Below, piece after piece: positions 20,593-31,553 of a stretch of 64,000 nt of DNA. The translations under genes and the position numbers were made by a program. The stretch is taken from NCBI GenBank assembly GCA_963796965.1, contig CAWCNS010000009.1:576001-640000 (forward strand), in the 5' to 3' direction. Source of the DNA: Calditrichia bacterium (GTDB lineage Bacteria; Calditrichota; Calditrichia; JAJRVZ01). Under the pieces are notes generated by a model. It saw nothing but the letters and a program-made list of their open reading frames with translations, searched no databases and was not told the origin of the DNA. Numbering within the stretch: position 1 is the first letter of the stretch; every line of letters starts with the position of its first letter.

Positions 20593-21840
20593 TTAATATC
20601 GCAGGCAATCAATTACGATTAACTTTGCAGCCCGGCGGGCTGGGAAAAAGCCAGCCAGAAAGCCAATCGAACTTAAAATAATAACAGTCACAATAGCAAC
20701 GAGTGGATTTAAAACTGGTGTTCCTACGGCTTCTTTAAAATCACCCATCGGTATGGTATTAAGAAGGGTAATAATCCCTACAGCCAACACAAATCCTATA
20801 AATGCCCCAATTCCAATAACGACGAATGCCTCAAGTAAAAACTGTCCGAATATATTTCTGCTCCGGGCACCTACAGAGCGCCGGATACCAATTTCACGCG
20901 TCCGCTCCTGAACAACCACATACATAATATTTGCCAACCCGATTCCACCAACAATGAGGGTAATGACACCAATCAAACCCATAAAAACATTAAAACCCAA
21001 AGAAAAACTGGCGACAAAATCATCCATCGTCGTTGTATCCCAAATCCCTAATGTTTCTTTATCATTTGGATCAAATTTAAATTTCTTACCCATGACAGTA
21101 TATACCTGCTTCTTCACAGATGCAGATATTCCCGGTGAAGCAACCTGATAAATAAAATTACTCACATATCGACGACCAAAAAGGGATTTATGAGTTGTCA
21201 TAGGTATAAAAGCACGATCTCTGTCACGTTGGCTATAAGATGAATTTTGTGTTTTTTCCTTCATCACTCCAACAACCAAAAAGGGTGTCTCATCAATATA
21301 TACATACTCACCAATAACAGAGGCGTTTTCACCAAAAAGAAAATCCCGCAATCTGTTACCCAAAAACACAACCCTTCTTTTATATTCGTTATCCAAATCG
21401 TTAATCCAGCGTCCACCCGGTTCCGGCCAGATATTTCTCATGTACCCATATTCTGTAATTATACCGGTTACATTAGGCCGATTAATTTTATCTTTTACCC
21501 GGACAGTAGAACCCCACTTACTAAACTCCGGACTAATTCTCAAGATATCTTTAACCTCATTGCGAATGAGCTCAATATCATCTTCAGTGAGTCGAATACG
21601 TCGGTCCCGACCATATCCTTCAAAAGGTATGCTCGTACGCCCCGGCCATACAATACCAATCCGTTCACCGATACCATGCATATTCTTGCTCATCTGCTTC
21701 TCAACGCCAACCCCAAAAGCGAGGAGTAAGATTACAGTTAAAGTACCCCAGATGAGACCAAACATGGTCATCGCAGTCCTGGCTTTATACTGTCCCAGGT
21801 AATGAAGTATTTCCCGCAGACTATCGAAAAGATTTAACAT
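20593..21840 (-). CDS. MacB/FtsX-like ABC transporter permease
   Basis: GGIGLANIMYVVVQERTREIGIRRSVGA; PARRAA. Confidence 0.9.
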   Translation of the reverse strand: MLNLFDSLREILHYLGQYKARTAMTMFGLIWGTLTVILLLAFGVGVEKQMSKNMHGIGERIGIVWPGRTSIPFEGYGRDRRIRLTEDDIELIRNEVKDILRISPEFSKWGSTVRVKDKINRPNVTGIITEYGYMRNIWPEPGGRWINDLDNEYKRRVVFLGNRLRDFLFGENASVIGEYVYIDETPFLVVGVMKEKTQNSSYSQRDRDRAFIPMTTHKSLFGRRYVSNFIYQVASPGISASVKKQVYTVMGKKFKFDPNDKETLGIWDTTTMDDFVASFSLGFNVFMGLIGVITLIVGGIGLANIMYVVVQERTREIGIRRSVGARSRNIFGQFLLEAFVVIGIGAFIGFVLAVGIITLLNTIPMGDFKEAVGTPVLNPLVAIVTVIILSSIGFLAGFFPARRAAKLIVIDCLRY

Positions 21841-21883
21841 TTTTTCCTAATTTATCCTCTTAATAAATTTTATCTAACTTCTT

Positions 21884-22175
21884 TCCTCACGCAACGACGC
21901 AAAGAAAAAATATTGTCCACGAATTCCACTAATTTCACAAACTAATTTGATTGTCATTCAGTATGAATCTTCCAGCGTGACAGATAAATATCTTCGATCA
22001 GGAAGATACCTATCCCGAGACGCGATCCCGTTCCGGGACGGGATGACGATTATTAACTTATCGTTTACCATTCTCCATTCATAATTCATAACGACCCGGT
22101 AACTGGTCGGGCGGACACATGGGTCCCCCCCTACATCTCTTCGCTCTTCGCTTCTCGTTCCACGCTTTACATTTT
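21884..22175. repeat. Intergenic cluster of REP-like elements
   Basis: CACGCAACGACGCAAAG, CCACGAATTCCACTAATTTCAC, TCCCGTTCCGGGACGGGATGAC and a minus-strand GTAG-type REP at 22108-22134. Confidence 0.55.
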
Positions 22176-22187
22176 TTTTCTTAAAGA

Positions 22188-23288
22188 TTAAGTTATCTCC
22201 TTAACCTCTTTCTCCAATACTTCCTGACCTTCCTCCAATCCTTCTAAAACTTCAATCTGTATTGCATCGCTGAGACCTGTCTTTATGTAAATTTCCTCTG
22301 TTTTTTCAGGTCCGCTTGCTATTTCGACAAAGGCAGAGTCGTTTCGAAAGGTTACCACCCTCTCCGGAATAGATATAACACTATCTCTTTTGGCAATAAT
22401 AATGTGTGCATTGGAAGAAAATCCTGCCCGTAATACGACATCATTCGTGGGATTTATTTTTATTTCCACTGGAAAAACAGTTGTATTATCTTCTTTTTTC
22501 GCTTTTAGAGATATGAGTTTTAAATATCCCGTAATATTTTTGCCAGGTAAAGCCCCAACCTGCAAATCACAGTTCATCCCCTCTTTGATTTTGCCCACAT
22601 CTATTTCATCTACAGTGCCCTTAAAAATCAAATCATTCATATCTGCCATACGCATGATTGCCGTTCCTGGCTGATATGAGGTGAGCGGTACTACCGGATC
22701 ACCAAGATTGACATTTTTTTCTAATATAAATCCTGTCAACGGGGATTTGACAACTGTTTCTATATCTGTATTAGCGATTTTCACTTTACCACTTTCTATT
22801 AACTGTAATTTTTCTTTTGATATCTGATGACGTAGCTTAGCTTCATCATACTGCCTATCAATAACCTCATAGTCATGGTCAGAAATGAGGCCCTTTTCCT
22901 TCATTTGTTTATATCTTTCTAATTCTTTAACTAATGTTTGCAATTCAATGTCAACCATTTCCACATCACGTTTGGCTTGAGCCAATTCAAGAGGGGTGGG
23001 ATCAGGTTTAACATCCAGGAGCGGATCACCCACTTTGACAAAATCACCAACATTAGCATATAGTTTTCTGACAACGCCGGAAATTTTGGATTTAACATCA
23101 ATTTCTGTCACTGGCTCTATTGAGCCTACAGCTAAAGCCTTGTCGATGATATCTTTTCGGCTAGCCTTTACGGAACTTCGCCCATTTTCATCACCATTTG
23201 AATTTGAGGATATGGCCACTGTTACAATAATGATTATAATAAGGATCACAATAGACCAAATGATCCATTTTTTTGATTTTTTCATCAT
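22188..23288 (-). CDS. Efflux periplasmic adaptor (membrane fusion protein, MacA/YknX-like)
   Basis: N-terminal TM anchor, VKSKISGVV lipoyl half-motif, coiled coil, VDEIDVGKIKEG; probable start 23288. Confidence 0.9.
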   Translation of the reverse strand: MMKKSKKWIIWSIVILIIIIIVTVAISSNSNGDENGRSSVKASRKDIIDKALAVGSIEPVTEIDVKSKISGVVRKLYANVGDFVKVGDPLLDVKPDPTPLELAQAKRDVEMVDIELQTLVKELERYKQMKEKGLISDHDYEVIDRQYDEAKLRHQISKEKLQLIESGKVKIANTDIETVVKSPLTGFILEKNVNLGDPVVPLTSYQPGTAIMRMADMNDLIFKGTVDEIDVGKIKEGMNCDLQVGALPGKNITGYLKLISLKAKKEDNTTVFPVEIKINPTNDVVLRAGFSSNAHIIIAKRDSVISIPERVVTFRNDSAFVEIASGPEKTEEIYIKTGLSDAIQIEVLEGLEEGQEVLEKEVKEIT

Positions 23289-23362
23289 TGAAGCCCTTCT
23301 TCCGGAGGTTAACCGATGCATGATGGCATGTGATAGATTTTACAAACTAAAGTAAAAGTGTA

Positions 23363-23388
23363 TACGCTAACAACTGTAGATTTGTTAC
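23363..23388 (-). promoter_or_regulatory. Putative ECF-sigma promoter for the exporter operon
   Basis: Minus strand GTAAC-N17-CGTA, about 75 nt upstream of the adaptor start. Confidence 0.4.
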
Positions 23389-23808
23389 GTGTGGATAATA
23401 TATATCTAAAGATTCTTTTTTTGTCATGAAGGCCTGGATTGGCATCGATATTAATTTTAACTTTTTTTAAAATATTCTTGAATTCAGGGATTATTAAAGT
23501 ATATTTTTCCTATTATTAGACACCATCCTATAAAAAAAGACAGCATTATAATTATTTTTAAATCTAACCATCCAACATTAGTAAAAATATAAGGATATCC
23601 GGTCGTACCATGTCCCCATAAATAATAGTATAACTTAATATTTTAAGAGAGACAACAACAATACCCCAATAATTTGATTGTTCGGTAGAGACAATACAAA
23701 GATCTGCTTACGGAAATCAAGGCACATGGAACAATTTAGTTACCGATGTTAGTTTATATTTCATCCCTGCCGCAATATACGCATACATATTAAAATTCGG
23801 AGGTATTT

Positions 23809-24865
23809 ATGATACAGAGATTAATGAAACATATGCTTTTTATCGGATCTCTTATTTTTATGGCCACATTCGCACACGCACAAACTAAAACCAGTATAGT
23901 CTGTTTTGCCATTAAGCAGCAATGGCATTTCACCATCAGAGGCACTTGTCCTCACCGATGAGCTACTATCTGTTCTTGTACAATCAGATGTATATACAGT
24001 TGTCGAACGTAGTAACATGGAGTCAATACTGGAAGAACAGGGATTTCAGATGAGCGGTTGTACCTCCAGTGAATGTGCTGTGGAGGCTGGAAAACTTTTA
24101 GGTGTCCAAAAAATGGTGACAGGAAGTATAGGAAAACTTGGTGAGATCTACAATATCAATCTAAGATTATTTGATGTTACCACCGGAAAAATAGAACAAA
24201 ATATAAGTCAAAAACATGAGGGTTCGGTAGAAGAATTGCTAGACATTATTGGTCTTTTGGGTAAAAAACTTTCTAACTACGATCCTGATTCCGGTAACAG
24301 TACTAAACTAACCTCAGAATCCCAACCATCTTCTATCGCTCCTGTCAACCGAATCGGATTTTGGGTAGGAGCAAATTTTCCCAAAACATCCACGATTTCA
24401 AATGTCAGTGGTGGATTTACCGCCGGACTATTTTATAAGGCCAATTTGAGTTCGAATTTATATTTACAGCCGGAAATTTCTTATGCCGGAAGTGAAATCG
24501 AAATCTATGAACCTACAGACCTTTTAATACTGGAATATCTACAGATAACTGCCTTATTTGCTTATGAGGTAACATCTGCTGGTCAAAATAGTCTTTTTCT
24601 CAATATCACTGCCGGTCCCGCTTTAAATCTGATTCTGACTGCGAATAATGATTACGAGGGATATGTTGCAGATGTGAAATCAGAGGTCAATAGCAGCGGA
24701 ATGTTAGCTATTGTCGGTGCTGGCTTTGGATTTAAAGCGGGCAATATAATAATTTCTCTCGAAGGACGCTATGAAATCAGTATTGATACAATATTAAAAA
24801 ATGATCAGGAATGGGAAATAGGAAAATTGCAAGCTTTTTATGTATTATTGGGCATTGCTTTTTGA
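23809..24865 (+). CDS. Secreted protein: CsgG/TolB-N-like domain plus outer-membrane beta-barrel; one frameshift near 23900
   Basis: GGAGG RBS, signal peptide MIQRLMKHMLF...AHAQ; VVERSNMESILEEQ..SGC...CAVEAGKLLGV; amphipathic strands ending GIAF. Confidence 0.75.
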
Positions 24866-24950
24866 TCTATAACAATTTGAGAGCAGAAATAAAGATCCAA
24901 ATAGCGTAAATTTATAGACACGTCTCATATAGCAACCTGGATTGTAGATT

Positions 24951-24978
24951 TAGAGACGCAATTAATCACGTCTTTGCA
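24951..24978 (+). repeat. Degenerate GTAG-type REP
   Basis: TAGAGACGCAATTAATCACGTCTTTGCA imperfect palindrome. Confidence 0.5.
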
Positions 24979-25146
24979 TTAAAAAGATAACATTAATGGC
25001 AAATCAATTTTATTTAAGGCCGATATTTATAAGTTAAAAGCTTCCGAGCATTCCCACCCAGGATTTTTATATGATTCCTTTTACTTGACAAAATTTTCCA
25101 TTTAAGCCGGTAGTTATTCATATTATATTTTCTTATTTTACAATTA

Positions 25147-26220
25147 ATGAAATTATACTTTTATATAGCAATAGTAATAATTTTTCTTTTAGGTTGTTCC
25201 CCAAAAGGACCAACAAAAATTCAAATTCATGAGAGAAAGTCTGAGAGTATTCAAAGCATATCCATGGGTGGAAATAATCTGGATTTTTTTATTAATAATG
25301 AACCTAAACCCTATCGCTGTTCATTGAATACGGGCATAATGATCACAGGATCAGACACTTATTACACATTAAACTTTTCATCCAGGAATCAAAAACTACC
25401 TTTCGAATTAAGCAACAACGATTCATTAAAACTAAAATTGGATAATAGTACCGTTAGCCTACCGACTCTGGATGTTAGTCGAACCGGAGATAATTTTTCC
25501 GCCTATTATCGCATCGCCTATTGGGATTTGCTAGATATGGGTAATGTGGATGGACTTGAGGTGGTGTTTATACATGGTGATACACTATTCCATGCCAATT
25601 TTTCAGATGACAACATTTATAACTATCGATATTTTAATGCCAAATATATTTTAAAAAATGATGATATACCAAAACCCTCACCACTCCCCTATCAACAACC
25701 ATGGGGATTTTTTAGTGGTGGAGGTGGAACCACTTATGATTTCTGGCTAAGTTATTATACTAATTTTATTTCCACACAATCAGGAATTGGGGATTTTGCC
25801 GCAGCAGGTTTTGGACTTTCCCCTTTTAGTTATAGTGAATGGATAAGAATACCCAAGGCCTCCCCTTCTTCAGAAAACTTAACTTATCAAATCACTCCAA
25901 CAGACTCTTGGCATGAGCTTAATGAAGGACGTAGCACCAGCTATAATTTCCATATTATGTATGGTTTAACGCAACACAAACCTCTTAGACATTGGTCTAT
26001 AGAAATTGGACTAAGTTTTTTCTACTATTGGTCTGAAGCACGATGGATAGATGGGCAGGATAGATATCTGGGTTCTGATATTCTAACCATCGTTGAGAGT
26101 GGGACGACCTTTAAGGGGCCTGCCATAGGTGGATTCATTCAATTTGGTGGGTTATGGTTTCAATACAACAGTAAACCCAGTTGGACTGCGGGCATTGCGA
26201 TTCCGGTACCTTGGTGGTAA
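25147..26220 (+). CDS. Hypothetical lipoprotein with possible C-terminal beta-barrel
   Basis: Lipobox LLGC; aromatic and glycine-rich beta-strand C-terminal half. Confidence 0.7.
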   Translation: MKLYFYIAIVIIFLLGCSPKGPTKIQIHERKSESIQSISMGGNNLDFFINNEPKPYRCSLNTGIMITGSDTYYTLNFSSRNQKLPFELSNNDSLKLKLDNSTVSLPTLDVSRTGDNFSAYYRIAYWDLLDMGNVDGLEVVFIHGDTLFHANFSDDNIYNYRYFNAKYILKNDDIPKPSPLPYQQPWGFFSGGGGTTYDFWLSYYTNFISTQSGIGDFAAAGFGLSPFSYSEWIRIPKASPSSENLTYQITPTDSWHELNEGRSTSYNFHIMYGLTQHKPLRHWSIEIGLSFFYYWSEARWIDGQDRYLGSDILTIVESGTTFKGPAIGGFIQFGGLWFQYNSKPSWTAGIAIPVPWW

Positions 26221-26364
26221 CAAATTTCTAACGCAGCGACGCAAAGTCGCAGCGAAGTGAAGAGTGACTTATTTTATACATGTTACGTTCTAAACCCGGT
26301 ATAAAATGATAATCATGTATATCCTATTATCCTGTCATAAGAATAAACAAAGCAGAGGTATAGA

Positions 26365-29300
26365 ATGAACAAAATATTATCCATTACGTTAATTATCGTT
26401 GTTGGAATCATCAATTTTTCATGCCAAAATAATACGCCTAATTTAATTCAGGACTTAAAATGTGAATATGTGGTAAATCCCATTGGAATTGAAAATTCTT
26501 CACCGCGGCTCTCCTGGATATACACCTCACCAGAGGGGGGAAGCCGGCAGTCCGCTTATCAGATCCTTGCTGCTTCCGACCCAAATATCCTCAATAAAGC
26601 ACAAGGTGATCTTTGGGATACAGGCAAAATTCCCAATGATCAATCCATCCAAATTTCCTATTCCGGTAAGAAATTAAAATCCCGCCAAATAGTCTATTGG
26701 CAGGTACGAATCTGGGATCAGAATGATCAGATCACAGAATGGAGTGACATTGCCTCATGGGAAATGGGATTCATAGAGAAAGATGATTGGAAGGCTCAGT
26801 GGATTGGCGCACCCGGTGAAACGGACAGTTCAGAGAGCTCTCCCCTGTTTCGTGAAGAATTTGTAATTCAAAAACAACTCTATAAGGCGAGAGCCTACAT
26901 CTCCGGTCTGGGATATTATGAATTATTTATAAATGGGAAAAAAGTGGGTGACCATGTTCTGTCCCCAAACCAAACCAATTACAGTCATCGAAGAGTAGAA
27001 AAATGGACAGAATCAAGAATTGGCCATATGTCTACCAGGGTTCTCTATGAAATTTATGATGTCACCCAGTTTATTCGTGAGGGTGAAAACGCTATCGGCG
27101 TCTGGTTGGGCGGTGGTTGGTTTATTCAAAATGACCGATTATATGAGCCCTGGCTTTTATATGATACACCTCGCTTCAGCACTCAGATTGAATTAGAATT
27201 CACTGACGGTTCAAGACAAATAATTATAAGTGATGACAGTTGGAAAACACATCCCAGTCCCATTCTACATAATGGCTTACACACGGGTGAAATCTATGAT
27301 GCCCGATTGGAGATACCTGATTGGAATCTACCCGGTGTTAATGAACAGGATTGGAAAAATGCGGTCCATGTTCGTTCACCCGATGGCCCCCTGCATGCAC
27401 AAATTTCACCTCCCGATCGGGTAATTAAAAATATATCCCCAACATCATTTTCTATTCTTGAAGATGGTATATACCGCTATGATCTTGGACAAATGATCTC
27501 AGGATGGACAAGATTATCCATCAACGGGCCCAAAGGTACTTCAGTTAAAATGAAGTTTATAGAGGAATTAGGTCCAAGTTACAGCCAAACGGATACTTAC
27601 ATTCTCAAAGGAGAAGGAACGGAAATCTGGGAACCGCGGTTTACCTGGCATGCCTTTCGGTACATTGATGTTACCTGTTCTGATATCAAATTAACTATTG
27701 ATAATCTGGAGGGTCGGGTTGTTAATACAGATGTAAAGCATTCAGGTTCTTTTAAAAGTTCAAATCAATTGTTTAATCAAATCTTTGAGAATTATCAATG
27801 GACGCAATTGGGAAATATGCATGGGGGAATTCCAAGCGACTGCCCCCACCGGGAAAGGCGTGGCTACACAGGTGACGGACAGATTGCTGCGAAGGCAGCC
27901 ATATATGCTTTTGATATGGCCCAATTCTATACCAAGTGGCTGAATGACATCGCAGATGCCCAAAATCAGGTAACCGGATATGTACCAAATACAGCACCCT
28001 ATCAGGATGGTGGTGGTGGTACCGCTTGGGGATCCGCCTATGTGATTATTCCCTGGTATATGTATCTCTATTATGGCGACCAGGCAATCCTGGAAACACA
28101 TTATAAAGGAATGCAAAAATGGTTATTTTACTTAAATGGTCAATTAGATAAAAAAGGCCGCCTCGTTAATCAGGGCCTCGGAGAATGGGTTCCGCCTGAC
28201 ATAAATAAACTACCCCCAGATTTTGTCAATACCTGCTACTATTATTACAACTGTATCCTCGTGTCTAAGATAGCGGGTATTTTGGAAGAAAAAGCTGATC
28301 ATACCCTTTATCTCTCCTGGGCAGAGAAGGCAAAGAACGCCATTAACAATAATTATTTCAATGATCACCAAAACAATTATTCCATTGGAAGACAAGGTGC
28401 AAATGTTTTTCCCCTAGGATTCGGAATCACTCAAAATAAATTAGTTCTTGAAAATCTGGTTAATCAGATCAATCTGGATTGCCAGGGGCATTTTAATACA
28501 GGTATTCTTGGAACCCCCCTGTTATTAGATGTATTAACCACCAATGATCATGCTGGGTTGGCCTATACCCTCATGAACCAACGTGATTTCCCCGGCTTTG
28601 GTTATATGATCGAAAAAGGAGCCACGACAATTTGGGAGACCTGGCAGGGTGACCAATCCCACAGTCATCCCATGTTTGGCAGTGTCTGCCAGTGGTTTTA
28701 TCAGATATTGGGTGGAATCAATCCGGATGAGAATCAGCCGGGATTTAAACATATCAATATCAAACCTTTCCCGATCGATGGCCTGTCTTTTGTTAATACA
28801 TCTTATCAATCTCCCTATGGACGCATTCAGAGTAATTGGGAGATAGTGGATGATGATTTTTATCTTAATTTAACAATCCCCTCCAATACCACAGCAACAG
28901 TTCATATACCAGGAAAATCTCCTGCGCAGATTTCGGAAAATCGTAAAACTATTTCAACTAATTCTGATATTAGTTTTGGAAAATTGGAAAATGGATATGC
29001 CTCCTACAATATCGGTCCCGGAAAATATAGATTTATTTCCAAGGGAATTAGCAGTTTAAGACCCATTCCAAACTTAAGTGCGCCTCGTATTTTTCCCAAT
29101 GATACATTGATCCATAAACCTGACTCACTTAAAGTAACAATCCTGTCAGAACATGAAGGAGCAGAAATTTTTTATTCCATGGATGGAAGCGAACCCACCC
29201 AAGAATCCATAAAATATAAACAACCCCTATTTGTAAAAGATAATTCAATAATTCATTCGCGCATTTATAAAAAAAATCGACAACCAGGATATATTAAAAA

Positions 29301-29757
29301 ACGTATCATTCACTTTGTAGACCCAAAATTAAATGGTCTGAACTGGCGTTATTATGAGGGTGAATGGATGTGGTTGCCAGATTTTGAAAAGTTGGAAGTA
29401 AAGCGAAGTGGGAGTGTATTTCAATTTGGTCTGGATAATATTAGATTTGATAATGATGAGTTTGGGTTAGTTTTTAACGGGTTCATTCATATAGATAAGC
29501 CTGGAAAATATCATTTTTTCACATTGTCCAATGACGGCAGTTGTTTATATCTGAAAAATAGGCTTGTGGTCAATAACGATGGTGGCCATGGACCTGTAGA
29601 GAAAACCGGTGCTATCTTCCTGAAGAATGGTACCTATCCCATCCGGGTCACCTATTTTCAGGCTGGTGGGGGTATGTTCCTAAAGGTAAGCTATGAGGGT
29701 CCTGAAATCACAAAACAAGAGATTCCGGCTAATATATTATTTAAAAATGACTTATAG
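26365..29757 (+). CDS. GH78 alpha-L-rhamnosidase-like lipoprotein with C-terminal Fn3-like and PA14 domains
   Basis: PRLSW..QSAYQI, GEIYDAR, SDCPHRERRGYTGD, GATTIWETW, SHSHPMFG; PA14 SNDGS..NNDGGH. Confidence 0.9.
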   Translation: MNKILSITLIIVVGIINFSCQNNTPNLIQDLKCEYVVNPIGIENSSPRLSWIYTSPEGGSRQSAYQILAASDPNILNKAQGDLWDTGKIPNDQSIQISYSGKKLKSRQIVYWQVRIWDQNDQITEWSDIASWEMGFIEKDDWKAQWIGAPGETDSSESSPLFREEFVIQKQLYKARAYISGLGYYELFINGKKVGDHVLSPNQTNYSHRRVEKWTESRIGHMSTRVLYEIYDVTQFIREGENAIGVWLGGGWFIQNDRLYEPWLLYDTPRFSTQIELEFTDGSRQIIISDDSWKTHPSPILHNGLHTGEIYDARLEIPDWNLPGVNEQDWKNAVHVRSPDGPLHAQISPPDRVIKNISPTSFSILEDGIYRYDLGQMISGWTRLSINGPKGTSVKMKFIEELGPSYSQTDTYILKGEGTEIWEPRFTWHAFRYIDVTCSDIKLTIDNLEGRVVNTDVKHSGSFKSSNQLFNQIFENYQWTQLGNMHGGIPSDCPHRERRGYTGDGQIAAKAAIYAFDMAQFYTKWLNDIADAQNQVTGYVPNTAPYQDGGGGTAWGSAYVIIPWYMYLYYGDQAILETHYKGMQKWLFYLNGQLDKKGRLVNQGLGEWVPPDINKLPPDFVNTCYYYYNCILVSKIAGILEEKADHTLYLSWAEKAKNAINNNYFNDHQNNYSIGRQGANVFPLGFGITQNKLVLENLVNQINLDCQGHFNTGILGTPLLLDVLTTNDHAGLAYTLMNQRDFPGFGYMIEKGATTIWETWQGDQSHSHPMFGSVCQWFYQILGGINPDENQPGFKHINIKPFPIDGLSFVNTSYQSPYGRIQSNWEIVDDDFYLNLTIPSNTTATVHIPGKSPAQISENRKTISTNSDISFGKLENGYASYNIGPGKYRFISKGISSLRPIPNLSAPRIFPNDTLIHKPDSLKVTILSEHEGAEIFYSMDGSEPTQESIKYKQPLFVKDNSIIHSRIYKKNRQPGYIKKRIIHFVDPKLNGLNWRYYEGEWMWLPDFEKLEVKRSGSVFQFGLDNIRFDNDEFGLVFNGFIHIDKPGKYHFFTLSNDGSCLYLKNRLVVNNDGGHGPVEKTGAIFLKNGTYPIRVTYFQAGGGMFLKVSYEGPEITKQEIPANILFKNDL

Positions 29758-29790
29758 ATAATTGTTAAACTTATATCACCGTACTTTTTT

Positions 29791-29916
29791 AACACGAAGT
29801 TTCACGAAGACGCTTCTCCAATAGAGATGTCTTTGGCAAAAATATCACGAAGATTGATTAATTTTATTCTAAAAAACTTCATGTAATTTCATGAGTCCTT
29901 TGCGTTACTTCGTGAT
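29791..29916. repeat. CACGAA/TTCGTG inverted-repeat element with an embedded short palindrome
   Basis: AACACGAAGTTTCACGAAG...ATCACGAAG paired with CTTCATG..TTCATG..CTTCGTGAT. Confidence 0.5.
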
Positions 29917-29947
29917 CCATCTGTTTTTTTACGACCATGAATAATGT

Positions 29948-31423
29948 ATGAATGCCCCTAAAAACAAATCAAGATCAGAGGATGCACAGGAACTATATAA
30001 ATTCGGATACGAGCAGCAACTCAAGCGTTCTATGGGTGGATTTTCAAGTTTTGCCATTTCATTTTCGTTGATATCCATTATTACCGGTATATTTGCTAAT
30101 TTTGGATATGGCATTAAACTGGTTGGTCCCTATATCTTATGGTCCTGGGCATTAGTGGGAGCAGGGCAGTTTTTTGTTGCCCTGGTAATGGCTGATCTTT
30201 CCACACGTTATCCTCTTTCGGGATATGGATACCAGTGGACCAGCCGGCTTATGAATCCTCAATTCGGATATTTTGTAGGGTGGTTACTATTAATGCAATT
30301 CCTAACGGGCTTTCCCGGCGTTTGCCAGGCTCTTGCAGATACAGTATACAACATCATTGCCGGAGGAGGTAATGCAGATTGGACCATTACCTGGATAACC
30401 GTTGGGGTAATCTCTCTTATTACAGTTATTCATTTATACGGTATCCGCATCGTTTCATTGGTTAATGATCTGGGGGTTTATACGGAAATTATTGGTGCTG
30501 CTGCCATCATTTTGATCCTATTAAGCCTTTATTTTTTATCTCAACAATTTGATTTTTCAAATTTTATGAATCAGCTACGTAGGCAGGATGCAACGGGACC
30601 GGGTCTTTCGGCTTTTGCCTTATCTTTGCTAATGGGCGCATGGTGTCTTACTGGTTTTGAAGCGGCTGCGGATTTAGCGGAAGAAACCCATCGCCCTCGC
30701 CATACTGTTCCCCGTGCTGTTATTACATCACAGGTCACGGCTGCTCTTGGTGGTTTTTTATTGTTATTAGCATTAATTCTCTCTGTAGATGATTGGTCTC
30801 TTGTTAAGGCAAATGACTCACCTCTGATTTATATTCTTACATCGCGCCTTGGATCACAATGGATGTCTTTAATTGGATTAATTATTATATTGTCTATACT
30901 GGCCTGCGGTGTCGCCTCCATGGCCACTGCAAGTAGATTGATTTACTCCATGTCCAGGGACAATATTCTACCCTTCTCATCACATCTTAAGCGTGTGCAT
31001 ACAAAATTTAAAGTGCCCCGTGCGGCTATATTATTGGTTTGGGCCGTATCTGTATTATGCGTGATTCTGCTCCGCCATCTTGAATTGATTACCAGTATTT
31101 CCGCAGTTGCCGGATATTTGGGATATGCGGGAATTATTTATGCGGCCATTTCTACAACTGGAAAAACAAACAATATAACACAGGGATTTTCATTAGGTAA
31201 ATATCGGCAACCGATACAAATCACCGCCATGATTTGGACTTTGGTTGTAGTTGGCGCCTTAACAGTTCCAGAAACCCAAATCCCCGGTTTAACAGAAACC
31301 CATCTTCCATTAAAATCGACGATTGTGGCAATCATTCTGGGAATCGCTATTTATATTGGGGTTATTCAAAAACGAATAAAAGCGGGTGAAGCAGGTCCGC
31401 CTGATATAACAAAAAATAATTGA
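29948..31423 (+). CDS. APC family amino acid/amine permease
   Basis: GYEQQLKRSMGGFSSFAISFS, GFEAAADLAEET, SRLIYSMSRD. Confidence 0.9.
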   Translation: MNAPKNKSRSEDAQELYKFGYEQQLKRSMGGFSSFAISFSLISIITGIFANFGYGIKLVGPYILWSWALVGAGQFFVALVMADLSTRYPLSGYGYQWTSRLMNPQFGYFVGWLLLMQFLTGFPGVCQALADTVYNIIAGGGNADWTITWITVGVISLITVIHLYGIRIVSLVNDLGVYTEIIGAAAIILILLSLYFLSQQFDFSNFMNQLRRQDATGPGLSAFALSLLMGAWCLTGFEAAADLAEETHRPRHTVPRAVITSQVTAALGGFLLLLALILSVDDWSLVKANDSPLIYILTSRLGSQWMSLIGLIIILSILACGVASMATASRLIYSMSRDNILPFSSHLKRVHTKFKVPRAAILLVWAVSVLCVILLRHLELITSISAVAGYLGYAGIIYAAISTTGKTNNITQGFSLGKYRQPIQITAMIWTLVVVGALTVPETQIPGLTETHLPLKSTIVAIILGIAIYIGVIQKRIKAGEAGPPDITKNN

Positions 31424-31553
31424 TAATTAATTTAACCTGCATTATCTGTCATTCCAAACTTGTTGCGGAATCTCTTGGCAATCGAATCTGAAAACCTGAA
31501 TTCATTGTAGTAGTGTATAAGTGCAGTAATTTACATGATAAGGGGATAATATT

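Noticed and set aside
15550..22674. Long antisense ORFs in the track (e.g. 15550-16005, 16099-16530, 21247-21729)
   Set aside because: They lie opposite well-supported genes and have no motifs; treated as shadow ORFs
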